Positions 1 through 11,700 of a DNA stretch of 64,000 bases are shown here, one piece after another. The translations under genes and the position numbers were made by a program. Below the pieces are notes generated by a model, which was not told the DNA's origin, searched no databases, and worked only from the letters and a program-made list of their open reading frames with translations. The DNA comes from an uncultured bacterium. Lineage in GTDB: Bacteria > Verrucomicrobiota > Verrucomicrobiia > Limisphaerales > UBA8199. The stretch is taken from assembly GCA_963749495.1 (NCBI GenBank), contig CAVVMW010000018.1, positions 377,733-441,732 on the forward strand, in the 5' to 3' direction. The first letter of the stretch is position 1, and each line of letters opens with the position of its first letter.

Positions 1-2112
1 GGTGAGTGTATTGGATGTCGAGAGCTTGACCAGGTTGGTGATGGGCGAATCCAGATCGCTGCCCGACACTTGCGCCTGCCCGTACACCCAGTTCAGGACC
101 CGAACGCCGGCGGCGGGCCGGGCATAGGGGGACGCGACGAACGAGACCAGGTTGGAGAAGCCGCCGGGGTATGCGCCAGACCCCGCATCCACCGACCGAA
201 TCCACTGCAGACTGCCCGAGAGGCTCCTGGGTCATTGGCCGAGAACCCGACCCACCCCAGGAGGGCGCCTTTTCCCTTGTCCAGAGTGACATACAGCGGC
301 CAGTGCCCGAGCTGCGTCAAGCTGCAGCGGGCACTGAAAGGCACGCTGTCCCCAAGCACTCCATTGAGGTTAAGGCCTCCGCTTTGGGCCAGGCTCAGAG
401 TGCCGAACCCGCTGCCACCCGCAACCTGCGGGCCGATGACACTGCTGCTGGTGGCCGGCAACGCAAAGGTGTACTGGCCGGCGGGCGGGCCGTTGCTGCC
501 GCCCAGGCTCGAAGCCAGCCTCTCCAGTTGCACGTCGGGACTGGTTGAGCCGCCGGACACGGTCCCCGTGATCAGGCCGGCAGTATTCGTCTCCTGGAGT
601 TGCAAAGTGATGGCAGTGCTGAGCCCGTCCAGGACGCCGCTGATCGAAGCGCTGCCGGAGCTGTCGAACTTGCCGGAGTAATAGTAAGTCGATCCGTGGT
701 AGAGAATGGCGCCACTGAAGCCGCCATCCGTTCTCAACGCCAGGGATAGAAAGCCCACGGCGTCCAAACGGGGCTCATAGGGGGTTTGAAAGAGGCCCTG
801 GTAATCTCCCGCCAATTGCCACATGGGGCTGCGGACGAAGTTGGCAGTCAGGCTGAAGTTGGTCGCCGTCACGGGAACCTGGAAAGACAGATCCGAATTG
901 GAAGAGGCCACTGAACCCGTCCAGCTCTCGAAGACATAGTTCGGCGCCGGGACGGCCGTCGCGGTGTAGTATGCGCCTGCCCGGAGCAACGCCCGATTGG
1001 CCAGGCCCTTGACGCTCCCCCCTCCGAGGATCCGCAAGTCGAGCGGGAACTTGGCCTCGTAAAAGAACGTCAGCGCAACACTGGCCGAGCGCGTGCCGAC
1101 CCAGTTGATGCTCTCCAGAGTCAGGGTGTTGTATCCGGCGGCGGGCGAAACGCTAAACGCCCAGTTGGTGGTGCCGGCGGCGATTTCCCAGGGGCCATCC
1201 TGCAAGAGATAAACCACTCGCGCCACGCCGGCATCGCCGCCGGCGGTTCCACGCACCACCACCGCCTGGTTGGTGAAACTGGAATTGGACGGCGGAGATA
1301 GAACGTTGACTGTTGGCGGGGCCGAGCCCGGCGGGTTGGTTTCGTTCAGAATGGAGAACGTCCGTATAGTAAAGCTCCTGATACAAGGGCGCCCGGCTCA
1401 CGGTGTTCGTGTACGCGACCGGGAGGCTATTGAAGACGCTGTAGTTCGTTCCCAGCAAACTCCCAAGGTCAACGATGCCCCCGTTCGTGGAGAGCGTGTT
1501 GAAATTCTGCAACACCGCGATACCCTCGTTGGCATTCGTGCTGTCGAGAACCCGCCCGAAAACCGTAAACCCGCCGTTCTGCGTGTCGAGGTTGGTCGAG
1601 TTGTCTCCCAGGTTGAAAAACCACTGGCTCGTCGCCGAATTCGGGTCGTTGTCCAGCTTGGCCATGGCCAAAGTCCCCAGCGTGTTGCTCAGGCGCGTGC
1701 CCACCAGAAACTCGTTGGTCAGCCGGCCATAGTCCGGGGCCTCCACGTACGACGAAAAGGCATCGGACCCAGCGGGGTTCGTGACCGAGAACCCGCCCCC
1801 CTGCAGGACAAAACCCGGCACACAACGGTGCAGCAGACTGTTCGTATAGGCTCCACTCCGCACGTAGAGCAGGAAATTGCGGACCGTCTCCGGTTTCTCC
1901 CGGTCGAAAAGCTCCACGTTGATCCGGCCCACCCGATTCGTGCCCTGCAAGAAGTCGAAGACCACAACCGTGTTCGCCGCGTTGGTGTCCGAAGGAGCCC
2001 CTGCCCGGAGGCCAACCTCCTGCATCAGCCCCGGAACCAACAACAAACACAGCCAACTCCATCGGCACGCTGCGCGCCAACAGGGGTCGCACCGGAGGAT
2101 CGTGCGCTTCAT
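1..2112 (-). CDS. Secreted cyclophilin-type peptidyl-prolyl cis-trans isomerase with C-terminal Ig-like/beta-rich extension; two apparent 1-bp frameshifts (~1362, ~227); runs off the window start
   Basis: ORF 1153..2112 has a signal-like N-terminus and cyclophilin motifs (ELFDREKPETVRNFLLYV, HRCVPGFVLQGGGF, GTLAMAK, NSATSQWFFNL, DTQNGGFTVFGRV). Removing one base near 1362 reads on as TFSILNETNPPGSAPPTVNVLSPP into ORF 93..1262. Adding one base near 227 continues as SLSGSLQWIRSVD...YPGGFSNLV to position 1. Confidence 0.85.
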
Positions 2113-2291
2113 TGTCCAGTCATTGTCTGCCCATTCTTCTAGCGAGGCTGGGCCTCAGACCGTGGCTCGGGCATCCTGCCCAAGCCCTCACGGGCAGGAT
2201 GCCCGTGCCACAAACTTGACCTGTCTGCATCACGTTTTGAAATTCAAGGACTCTAGCCCCTGCACTCCTGCAAAGGCAATCAAAAACAGCT
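1779..2291. repeat. Direct repeat copy 1 (PPIase 5' third plus upstream DNA); contains a 114-bp segment absent from copy 2
   Basis: Near-identical to 22141..22539 apart from a few substitutions and the extra 2144..2257 segment. Confidence 0.95.
2162..2211. repeat. REP-like palindrome
   Basis: gtggctcgggcatcctgccc (2162-2181) and gggcaggatgcccgtgccac (2192-2211) form a 20-bp inverted repeat with one mismatch. Confidence 0.85.
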
Positions 2292-2340
2292 TCGCTGCGC
2301 CATTTGGGGCGCATTCCAACACCGCCCCCGGAGCGCCCAC

Positions 2341-2477
2341 TTCAGAGGCTGTGTGAAAAATCAATTTTGGAGCGCTTTTAGACCACCAAAAGTGAAGGGG
2401 CACATCGTTCCGACGCGCTATAAGTCAAATGTGAGCGAAGTTTTTTCGGGGCCGGGATTTTTCACACAGCCTCTGAA
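2341..2477. mobile_element. MITE-like element with perfect 22-bp terminal inverted repeats
   Basis: ttcagaggctgtgtgaaaaatc (2341-2362) is the exact reverse complement of gatttttcacacagcctctgaa (2456-2477); there is no coding capacity between them. Confidence 0.65.
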
Positions 2478-2627
2478 CCCGGCGCTCCGGTCCTTTGGTG
2501 TCGGTGGCGGGGCTGGTTTCCGGACGCGCCCCGCCATTCGTGGACCGGTGGACGACCGTCCTGCCAAGGACTCCACCTCCTTCTTGACTCATTACAAAAA
2601 GAATCGGAACCGAATCGGGAAAAGGTC

Positions 2628-2655
2628 TTGACAACAGGGGAATCGTTGCTACTCT
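2628..2655 (+). promoter_or_regulatory. Putative sigma-70 promoter of the giant gene
   Basis: TTGACA (2628-2633), 16-bp spacer, TG-extended TACTCT (2650-2655), about 70 bp upstream of ATG 2726. Confidence 0.45.
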
Positions 2656-2725
2656 TGATGCGAACTTTGACGATGCCCCAACTGGGAGTGCCTGCCCGGC
2701 GGGAGGCAAACAACCTAGCTGCACT

Positions 2726-5700
2726 ATGCGGTCCGACCCGGAAGGCCGGCAGTTCCGACTCGAAGAACTCGAGCCGCGGGTGATGCTGTCAGCGAATCTC
2801 ACGGCCCTTGGGACCGCCGCTGTTGTCGCCCACCACCGTTGTCCGGTAGTCGAGGAGGTGTCGTTCCCATTCACCACCGCGGGGCTTTCCGAGACGCATT
2901 TTGCTCACAACGGCGTCCAGGACATGTTCGCCGGCATGGAACGGACACCGCCTGCCGCGCCTCCGGCGCCGGCTCAAAGCCAGACTTGCGCCGCCGCACC
3001 GACGCTCGATCAAGCTGCCGTCGGCGCGCGAGTTGAAGAGACTTCCGCGACCACTGTGACGCTCAATACGGCCGCCCCAAGAGCCGATGCGGTTTCAAAG
3101 ATTTTGCAGGGCGATTCGATCAGTCCTCAGACCACGAGCGCGGGCAACAGCGCATCCAAGGTCTCGGAGTTGACGCGCACGCTCCGCTCCGCCAATGGTC
3201 CCCCGAGCGGCGCAACCGCAGCTCAAGTCAGTCCGAATTTCGCGGCAATCGTCGGTTCCTCTCCAAGAGCGTGTGGGGTTGCTGCCGTGGCTTGCGGTGC
3301 CCCCACTACTGCCACCGCTACCGCGGCCTCGGCTCGAGGCCGTGGCTCTCCTTCAAATCCTTCTCATGGCACGCCTTTAAGCCAGACACCGGGGCTCCAG
3401 GACCTGGGCACTTATATCATTGATGTGCTGGCCAGTCAGAGCGCCAGCTTTACTTCGACCGAGACCCTCACAAACGCATCCCTGGGCGGTTTTCTGCAAC
3501 TGCAAGGGGTGACGTTGGGTGTGACGGCCACGCTGTCGACGGCCGGAGTCTGGAGCGGGAGTGTCACGATCTCCGTGGCCAGCGCGACGTTGTTCCCGGG
3601 GCGCAGCTTCAGCGGAAAGATTGCTTCCAGCACGTCCGATCCCGCGCTCACAGGCACCTACACGATCGGCGGCGGGTTCAATTTGACCATCCCCCAGACT
3701 GCGAGCATGGTCTTGCAGCTCGGGGAGGCGCTGACCATTACCGCCAGCGGTGTGAGTTTGAGCTACGATCCCAACGGGGCGGCGACTCAAACCCTGGCGA
3801 CCTTGCAAACCGCGACTGTGACCTCCTCGCAGTTCTCCGGAATGCCATCGGCCACGTTGAGCAATTTCGCCATTCGTGGGGACGGCTTCAGCTTCGGTGC
3901 CTTCACCTTGGCTTCAGCGTCCGGCGCAACGCCGGGCATTGGAAACCTCATTACGACCACGGGCGTGACCTTGACGGTGTCGGACTTCAACGTGTCGTTC
4001 GGCGCTGGCGCGAGCGGGCCTTCCTTGAGCGGGACGATTGCCGCCACGGTCTCAGGCTTGAACCTGTTCCCGGATGGAAACCTTGTCCAGTTCCAGGCCA
4101 CGAATGTCAGCGCGGCCTACAGTTTCGCGGGCTTTGATGGCGTCAGTCCGACGGGGCAGCTCCAGGTGACGGTGACGGGCCTTCGGTTGAGCATGGGCGA
4201 GGCGTTTGTGCTGACGGCGAGCGGGGACGTGGTTTTGACTCCCGGCCAGACGGTGATGGCGACCGTCGCGTCCGCCACGTTAAGCTCCCCCCAATTCACC
4301 GGGTTGGGCACTCTCCAGGTGAGTAATCTGGCCATCAGCCAGAGCGGTTTGAGCCTCGGCAGCCTGACCTGGAGCAGCGGCGGGCCGGTGTCGATCCCGG
4401 ACATCGTTAGCGCCGACAACGTGATGCTGACGCTAAGCAATTTCGGTCTGCAATACGGAGCGACGCCTTCCGTCAGCGGGGGCATTTCGGTTTCGGCCAC
4501 CAACGTGGTCCTCTTCCCGAACGTTCCCTTGTTGGACCTGCACCTGGGCACCTTGGGAGGCTCTTACCAATTCGGCTCTCCGGCCATCCTGAGCCTGCAC
4601 ATCCCCAGCCTGGACATCCCTTTGGGAGACGCTTTGACCATCCATTTGGGCGCGGTGGACATCAATCCGGGCGAGGCGACAATGCTGCACGTGTCCAGCG
4701 CCACGGTGACGTCCAACCTGTTCTCCGGCCTGCCGACCTTCACCCTGAGCAACTTCGATCTGACCCGAACCGGGTTCAGCCTCGGCAGCTTCGACATCAC
4801 CGCGAGCACGCCGGTGACGGTCGGCAGCTTCCTTTCATTTTCCAATCTCGGTCTCCATGTGAGCAATTTCACGGTGGACAGGACCGCCACCCCAGTGGTG
4901 AGCGGCTCGGTTAGCTTGACCCTGGGCACGATGACCCTGTTCCCCGGCAGTTCGCTGGTGACATCCAGCTTCACCAACCTGGCGGCCACCTATGACTTCG
5001 CCAGCGCCTCCACGCCGGGGCAGTTGACCGTCACCGCCGACAGCATCACGCTGTCGATTGGCGGCCAATTGACGCTGACGGCCAACAACATAAGCATTAC
5101 CCCCGGCTCCGATACGCTGGCCACCATCCACACGGCCAGCCTCACCTTTGGTCTGCTCGACGGCCTTAAGGTCGAGGTCACTGGCCTCGAAATCCGGCAG
5201 ACAGGGTTCACCATCGACTCGGCCACTGCCAGCGTTTCGGACATTACACTGGGTGGCCTGCTGGCCTTGCAGGCGCCCACCATAATAACCTTAACCAATA
5301 TCAATTACTCCTTTGGCGGCACGCTGAGCGGCACGGTGGGTTTTGACACCACCAGCGCAGTGTTGCACGTGGGCTCGGCGCTGGACACTTCGGCCAGTCA
5401 TTTGAGCGGCAGTTACGACCTGGCCAGCGGAGTGCTGACGGTGACGTTGGACTCATTCGGGTTGGACCTGGCTGGGTTTGCCACGTTGAGCGCCTCTGGA
5501 GCAGTGATTACCTACGCCCCGGCCAGCGATAGTCCCGCCAAGGTGCTGGTGGGTGTAACGGGGGTCCAAGTGTTCATGGGCGCCAACGGCGTGGGCGTTT
5601 CGGTGAACAGCGGCACGCTGGGATTGGCGATCTTCAAAGCCGCCGACGACACCATCACTTACGCCTTGGATGCCAGCGGGGCCGTCAGCCTGGCAGGCCT

Positions 5701-8700
5701 GCCCGCCAATACCCTGAGTCTATCCGGGAACGTTGAATTCCGGCAGAACACGGCCGGCCCTGTCTCGGAAGTGGTGGATGTCAATGGCACCGAGGTGCAT
5801 CTGGTGTTTGCGGGCAATGAGACCTCGGCGTCCGCCGCAGGGTTGAGCCTGTCGGTAGGAGCCTTCATTTCGGTGACCGGCGATTTTGGCTTCACGCAAT
5901 TCACCGATGGAAGCGCTACCGACATCGCGATTGGCGCGACCAACGTGGACGCGACGATGGCCGCTGGCAGCGTCAGCGTAACCGTCACCGGCGCCAGCCT
6001 GGGCCTGTTGGTGAAGCCCGGCGCGGCGGCCGCCGACGCTGCTTACGCCCTGGTGGCCAACGGCGGGACCGACACCCTGAACGGAGTGCCGGGGCTGAGC
6101 CTGAGCGCCTCGGCCTTGACGGTTCGGGCGCGGAAGGGATTGGACACGACCACCGTGAGCGGCGCGCCCGCCACGGTCCATACGCCAGGCGGCGATGTGA
6201 GCCTGGACTTCACCGGCCTCGGTTCCGGCGCGAGCAACGTGACCGACATCGAAGGAAGCGTCACGTTGAACGTGGCGAATTTTGTTTCGCTGTCCGGTGA
6301 CTTCGGCTTCCAGCAGTTCACTGACGGGTCGGGCAGCAACCTGGCTATCGGGGCAAAAAACGTCACTGTGGTCTTGGGGACGGCGAGCACCAATGTCACC
6401 ATCACGGGCGCGAGCCTCGGCTTGCTGGTCAAACCGGATGTGGGCTATGCCCTGGTGGCCGCGAGCGCTACCTGCGCCTTGAACGGCGTTTCCGGCTTGT
6501 CCATCAGCACCACCGGCCTGGATGTGCGTGTCCGGAGCGGGCTGGATCCCTCGACCATCACCGAAGCGCCGACCTTCGTCCAGACGCCCAGCGGGCCCGT
6601 CACTCTCGACTTTTCCAAACTTGCCTCAGTAACCAGCAACGTGACCGACATCGAAGGGCACCTGACACTGAGCGTGGACGGGTTTGGGTCGCTCGAAGGC
6701 GATTTCGGGTTCCAGTCCTTCCAAAACGGGGCGGGCGGCCAGTCCGATATTGCCCTGGGGGCGAAAAACCTGTCAGTGGTGCTGGGAACGGCGACGACCA
6801 ACCTCACCGTAGCCAACGCCAGCTTTGGGATGATCATCCAGCCCGGGATCAACGGCCAGCCGACAACCTACGCCCTGGAGGCGCAGGGCAGTGCCGATCC
6901 CGCGGACACCGCTCTGAACGGCGTTCCGGGTCTCTCGGTCACAGCCTCCAATTTGCTCGTCCGCGTCCGGCAGGGGCTGGATCCCTCGACGACCACCGGC
7001 GTGCCCGGCGGCCATTCACACCTCCGGCGGCGACGTGACGCTGGACTTTAGCGGTCTGGGGACCGGGTCCGACAACGTGGCGGACATTGAAGGCACAGTG
7101 GAAGTGGATGTCGCTGGTTTCGTATCTTTGTCCGGCAGCTTTGGTTTCCAAAGCTATGCGGTTGGCAGCGACCACTACCTGGCCATCGGCGCGACGGGCC
7201 TCACCGCCACGCTGACGGCCGACAGCGTGAGCCTCAACATCGCCAACGCCCAGGTTGGAGTCATCGTCAAGGAAGGTTCGCCCAGCACCTACGTCCTGGA
7301 AGCCAGGGGCAGCAGTAATCCCGCAGATACGGCCCTGACAGGCGTGCCGGGGCTGACCCTGAGCGCGACCAATTTGCTGGTCCGCGTGCGGAGCGGGCTG
7401 GACGTTTCAGATCTTCCGTCCGGGTTGCCGGCATCGGTCCAGACGCCCGGCGGTGCGGTGACCTTTGACTTTTCGGGCCTCGGAACCGGGACGAGCAACG
7501 TTACCGACATTGAAGGGCATCTGACCCTGGCCGTGGCCGGTCTGGCCTCGCTGGAAGGCGACTTCGGGTTCCAGGCATTCGCCGATGGGTCGGCTAGCGA
7601 CCTGGCTATCGGCGCAAACAACGTCAATGTTGTGCTGGGAACGGCGAGCACCAATGTCACCATCACCGGGGCGAGCCTCGGTTTGCTGGTCAAGTCTGGT
7701 GTGGGTTACGCCCTGGTGGCCAACGGCGGGACCGACACCTTGAACGGAGTGCCGGGTTTGTCCATCAGCAGCACGGGCCTGTCTGTGCGCGTCCGCAGCG
7801 GGCTGGATCCCTCAACCCTCACCGGCGCGCCCACTTCGGTTCAGACAGCCGGCGGTGGCAGTGTGCCGCTCGACTTCAGCAACCTCGGCTCGAGCAACGT
7901 TACAGAAGTCGCCGGCAGCATCTCGATTAACGTGGCGAACCTCGTTTCGCTCATTGGGAAGTTCAGCTTCACCGAGACAACCACCGGCAGTCTGACCAAG
8001 ATCCTGGTCGGCGCTTCGGGCGTTTCGGCCTTCCTCGGCAGCGTGGATAGCAGCGGCAATCCCACGCTCGGGGTTCAAGTGACTGGGGCAAGTTTCGGAT
8101 TAGTCATCTATCGCGACTCGACCGCGACGAGCTCGACCTATGCCCTCCAGGCCACGGCTCCCAGCGCCACGGCTCCCAGCATTGCCCTAGTTGGCCTGCC
8201 CGACAACATCAGCTTGACTGGCTCAGCCAGCGTGGCGATCAACACCACGGGCGCGGCGGTGAATGAAACCATCCCCAACAGTCCGGGGGTCACCTTCACG
8301 GACGGCACCAACGGCACTGCCGATCAGCGAAACATCAAGAGCTTGGGCGGACACCTTTCTCTGGTGGTCGGTCCTCAGTCGAGTCCCTATTTCAGCCTGG
8401 CAGGTGATTTCTCCATCAGTGAACTCGTGAGCGGCACCGAGACCAAAGTCCTGATTGGCGCCGCCAACCTCACCGCCAATTCTCCCGTCATGGCCGACGG
8501 CGGCACCGACACGTTCAATCTGTCCAACGGCACGCTGGGTTTGGTGCTCTTCCAAAGCGGCGGCACCAATGAGGGCTACGCGTTGACAGCTTCGGCTACC
8601 GCAACCGTCGCGGTGGGGAGTGCCCTTTCGGGCAGCGCCACCTTGACCATTCGCCGGAACACCACCACTTCCGCGGTCAACGAGACCATCGCCGTGGGCG

Positions 8701-11700
8701 CCTCGACCGTCGCGGTGGTCTTCTCCGATTCGGAAGTCGCCACGGTGGCCGATGCCAGCGGCAGTGATGCCTTCCAGGCCATTGTCTTGAGCAATGCCAG
8801 CCTGAACCTGGACAACACTTTGGTCATCACGGCGAGCGAGGGATCCAACAGCGTGCCTGTGCCCAACGCCTCCAGCATCAATCTGGCCGGCGTGACGTTG
8901 ACCCTCCAGATTCCGGCCGACCAGACGACGGGTCAGCCCGCGCAGGTTTTGCTCAACATCGGCGCCGGCTCCGCCGTCTATACCAGCTTCAGCGACACCG
9001 TGAGCGCCAGCAACGCCACGAGCGCGGGTTTGCCCGCGCGGGCCGACGGACAGTCCTGGGGGTCGGGCGACAAGGACCTAGTCCTGTCGAACGTCACGTT
9101 CTCGATTGGGTCGTTCGTGACCTTCTCCGCGACCTCCATCAACGTGCAGCATTACACTTACACGGACGCATCGTTGGCCACCGTCACCGTTAACAGCTTC
9201 AATTTCAGCGGCGCGAAAATCACCTTTCTGGCCAACGCGAACCCGATGGTGACCTTGACCGGCAGCCCGCAATTCCACTACAGCACCGCCGAGGGCTTCA
9301 AGCTCGATTCTTTCGGTAGCCCGGGCATTTCGTTCCTCGACCCGTCTTATTCGCTTGGGCCGATCACTGTGAAAGATCCCAGCGTCAGCCTGGATAGCTT
9401 CGACTTCAACTTCGCCTCGACTTCATCATCTCCAGGGAACGTTAACGTATCGGCGGTGGTCCACGTGAAGGCAGCGGCAGCCTCCATCGGTTCAGATACC
9501 AGTCCGATCAACGCCAGCCTGACGAATCTGGACATCAAGTTCACGGTGAGCGCCGGGTTTGACCTGCTGCATCCCCTCGCGCTGCCCACGATCAGCGCCA
9601 ACGGGTTCACCGTGCAGGTCAACACGTGCGCGATAAACATCGGCACGACAAGCGATGGGTTCTCTCTGTCCCTCACCGCTGGCACCTCGGCCAACCCATT
9701 GGTGATCAACCCCACGGCCGGGGCAGGCCAGGACCTCATCAGCTTCGGGACGCTCACGGCCACGTTGAATATCAGCGCGATCAACTTGAAGTTGACCGGC
9801 AGCGCCAGTAATTTCGCCATTGAAGGCGATGGCTCATTCCTGGCCAAGCCGGGATTTGCCATCTCGATCACTCTCGGCGCCAGTGACGCCAGTTCGTTCT
9901 CCTGGCCATCCTGGCTCCCGCTCCAGAGCGCCTCGGTGACGCTCTCCTGGCCGGACTTCAACGCCCATCCTGACCGGTTCCTGATCGAGCTTTCCGCCAC
10001 CATTAATGCGAGTTTGGGTCCGATCAGCCTGAACGGTTCGATCACCAACGCGGTGATTGACCCGCAATTGATCGTGCAGGGCAAGTTCCCCATCATCTCG
10101 GTTGACAGCATCGCGGTTGGTGTGTCCGGCGATCTGTTCGGCGGCAGCCTCAGCGGCACGCTCTTGGCCGGCGTGGTTCGATTCGACGCCAACGGCAATG
10201 TGGTGGACGGCCTGGGCAACCTCGTTGGTCCAAAGGGCGCGACTACCACCACCCCGGGCACCGGGCCGTTCACCAGCGCCTTTTACGCCGGCATCGCGGG
10301 CAGCTTAGACCTTGGCGGTCAGTTCGGCATGGCCATCCGCATCGGGCTGTCGGATTTTGGCCCGCTGCAATTATATGTGGAAGTGGACACGCCGATTCCG
10401 CTGGGCGACACCGGTCTGTTCATCGGGGGCTTGCGCGGGGGGATCACCTTTGGCGCCACTTTCCCGACGTTGAATCTCACGGGGTCCCCGAGTGACGCCC
10501 TGCAATTGCGGCAGCCGGGATTCCGCACCCCCGACAGCCTCACCGCCGCGCAGTGGGAGGCCCAGTTACGAACGCAGGTGGCCAACCTTTACCATGCCGG
10601 CGCGACCCCCGGCAGCGGCTGGAGCAGCCTCACCAGCGCGTCGGTCATCATTCAGGCGGGAGTGACGATCTACGCGGCCAACGCGGACGTGTTCCGGGTG
10701 GATGGGGACGTGTTCTTGGACACCAGCGGAAAATTCCTGGTGATTGGCTCAGCCACGTTCGGGGACAGTCTGTCGGTCGGCGTGAAAATGTACACCGACC
10801 TGTCGCCGCTCTTCAGAGGGCAGCCCAGCATCAGCATTTTGTTCCTGATGGAGGTGCCCTCGCAGAGCAGCCCCAAGCCGATCACGCCCCCCATTTACAG
10901 CCTGTATGGCGAGGTCAGCTTCGCTTACGCCAACCAGGCCTTTCAGATGACGATCGCCGGCGCGGCGGATCTGAACGTGCTGGGCGCATTGCAGGCCCAC
11001 GCTGAGGGGACGCTGACGCTGACCTTCACCTCGAACAGCTTCACCGTCACCCTTTCCAACGCCTCGTTCAGCATCCCCACGATACAGAAGGACCCGCTCG
11101 GAGAGGCTGCCGGTACCCTGACGATCCAGACGCTCAACGGCAGCGTCAATATCTGGGGCGGTTTCCTGCTGGTGCCCGACCTGAAATGCCTGGAGGACGC
11201 AGGCATCTACGCGGGCGGCCAGGTCTTTATCAAGCTCAACACGACTGGCGATCTCAAGCAGGTGACGCTCCAAATGACCAACGGGCCGTACACCCTCAGT
11301 CTGGAGCCGCAGTCCTTCAGCCTGTTTATTAACGGCTATGCCGATTTCCAGATCAGCGGCCACGAGGTGTTTCGCTTGAGCGGCACGCTGGACATGGCGA
11401 TCACCACGGACCATTTGAGCATCTTCGTCCAGGCCCAGTTGTTCCTCGGGGGGAGCGTGGACTCACAAGGCAATCTGAGCAACGCCATCCTCACCTTCAA
11501 CGCCAACGGCCTGATCTACGTCCAATGGGCGGCAGCCAATGGGATTAATGCCGGCTTTGCCGCCAAGATGACGCTCACGCTGGGCGCCAATGGTCCGCCG
11601 GGCATCTCCTTCGGCATGAATTGGCTGCTGGTCATCAACACGACCGGCTCCGACCTTACCTACTTCATTCCCGTCCCGCTGCCAACCTCGCCGCCCAGCC

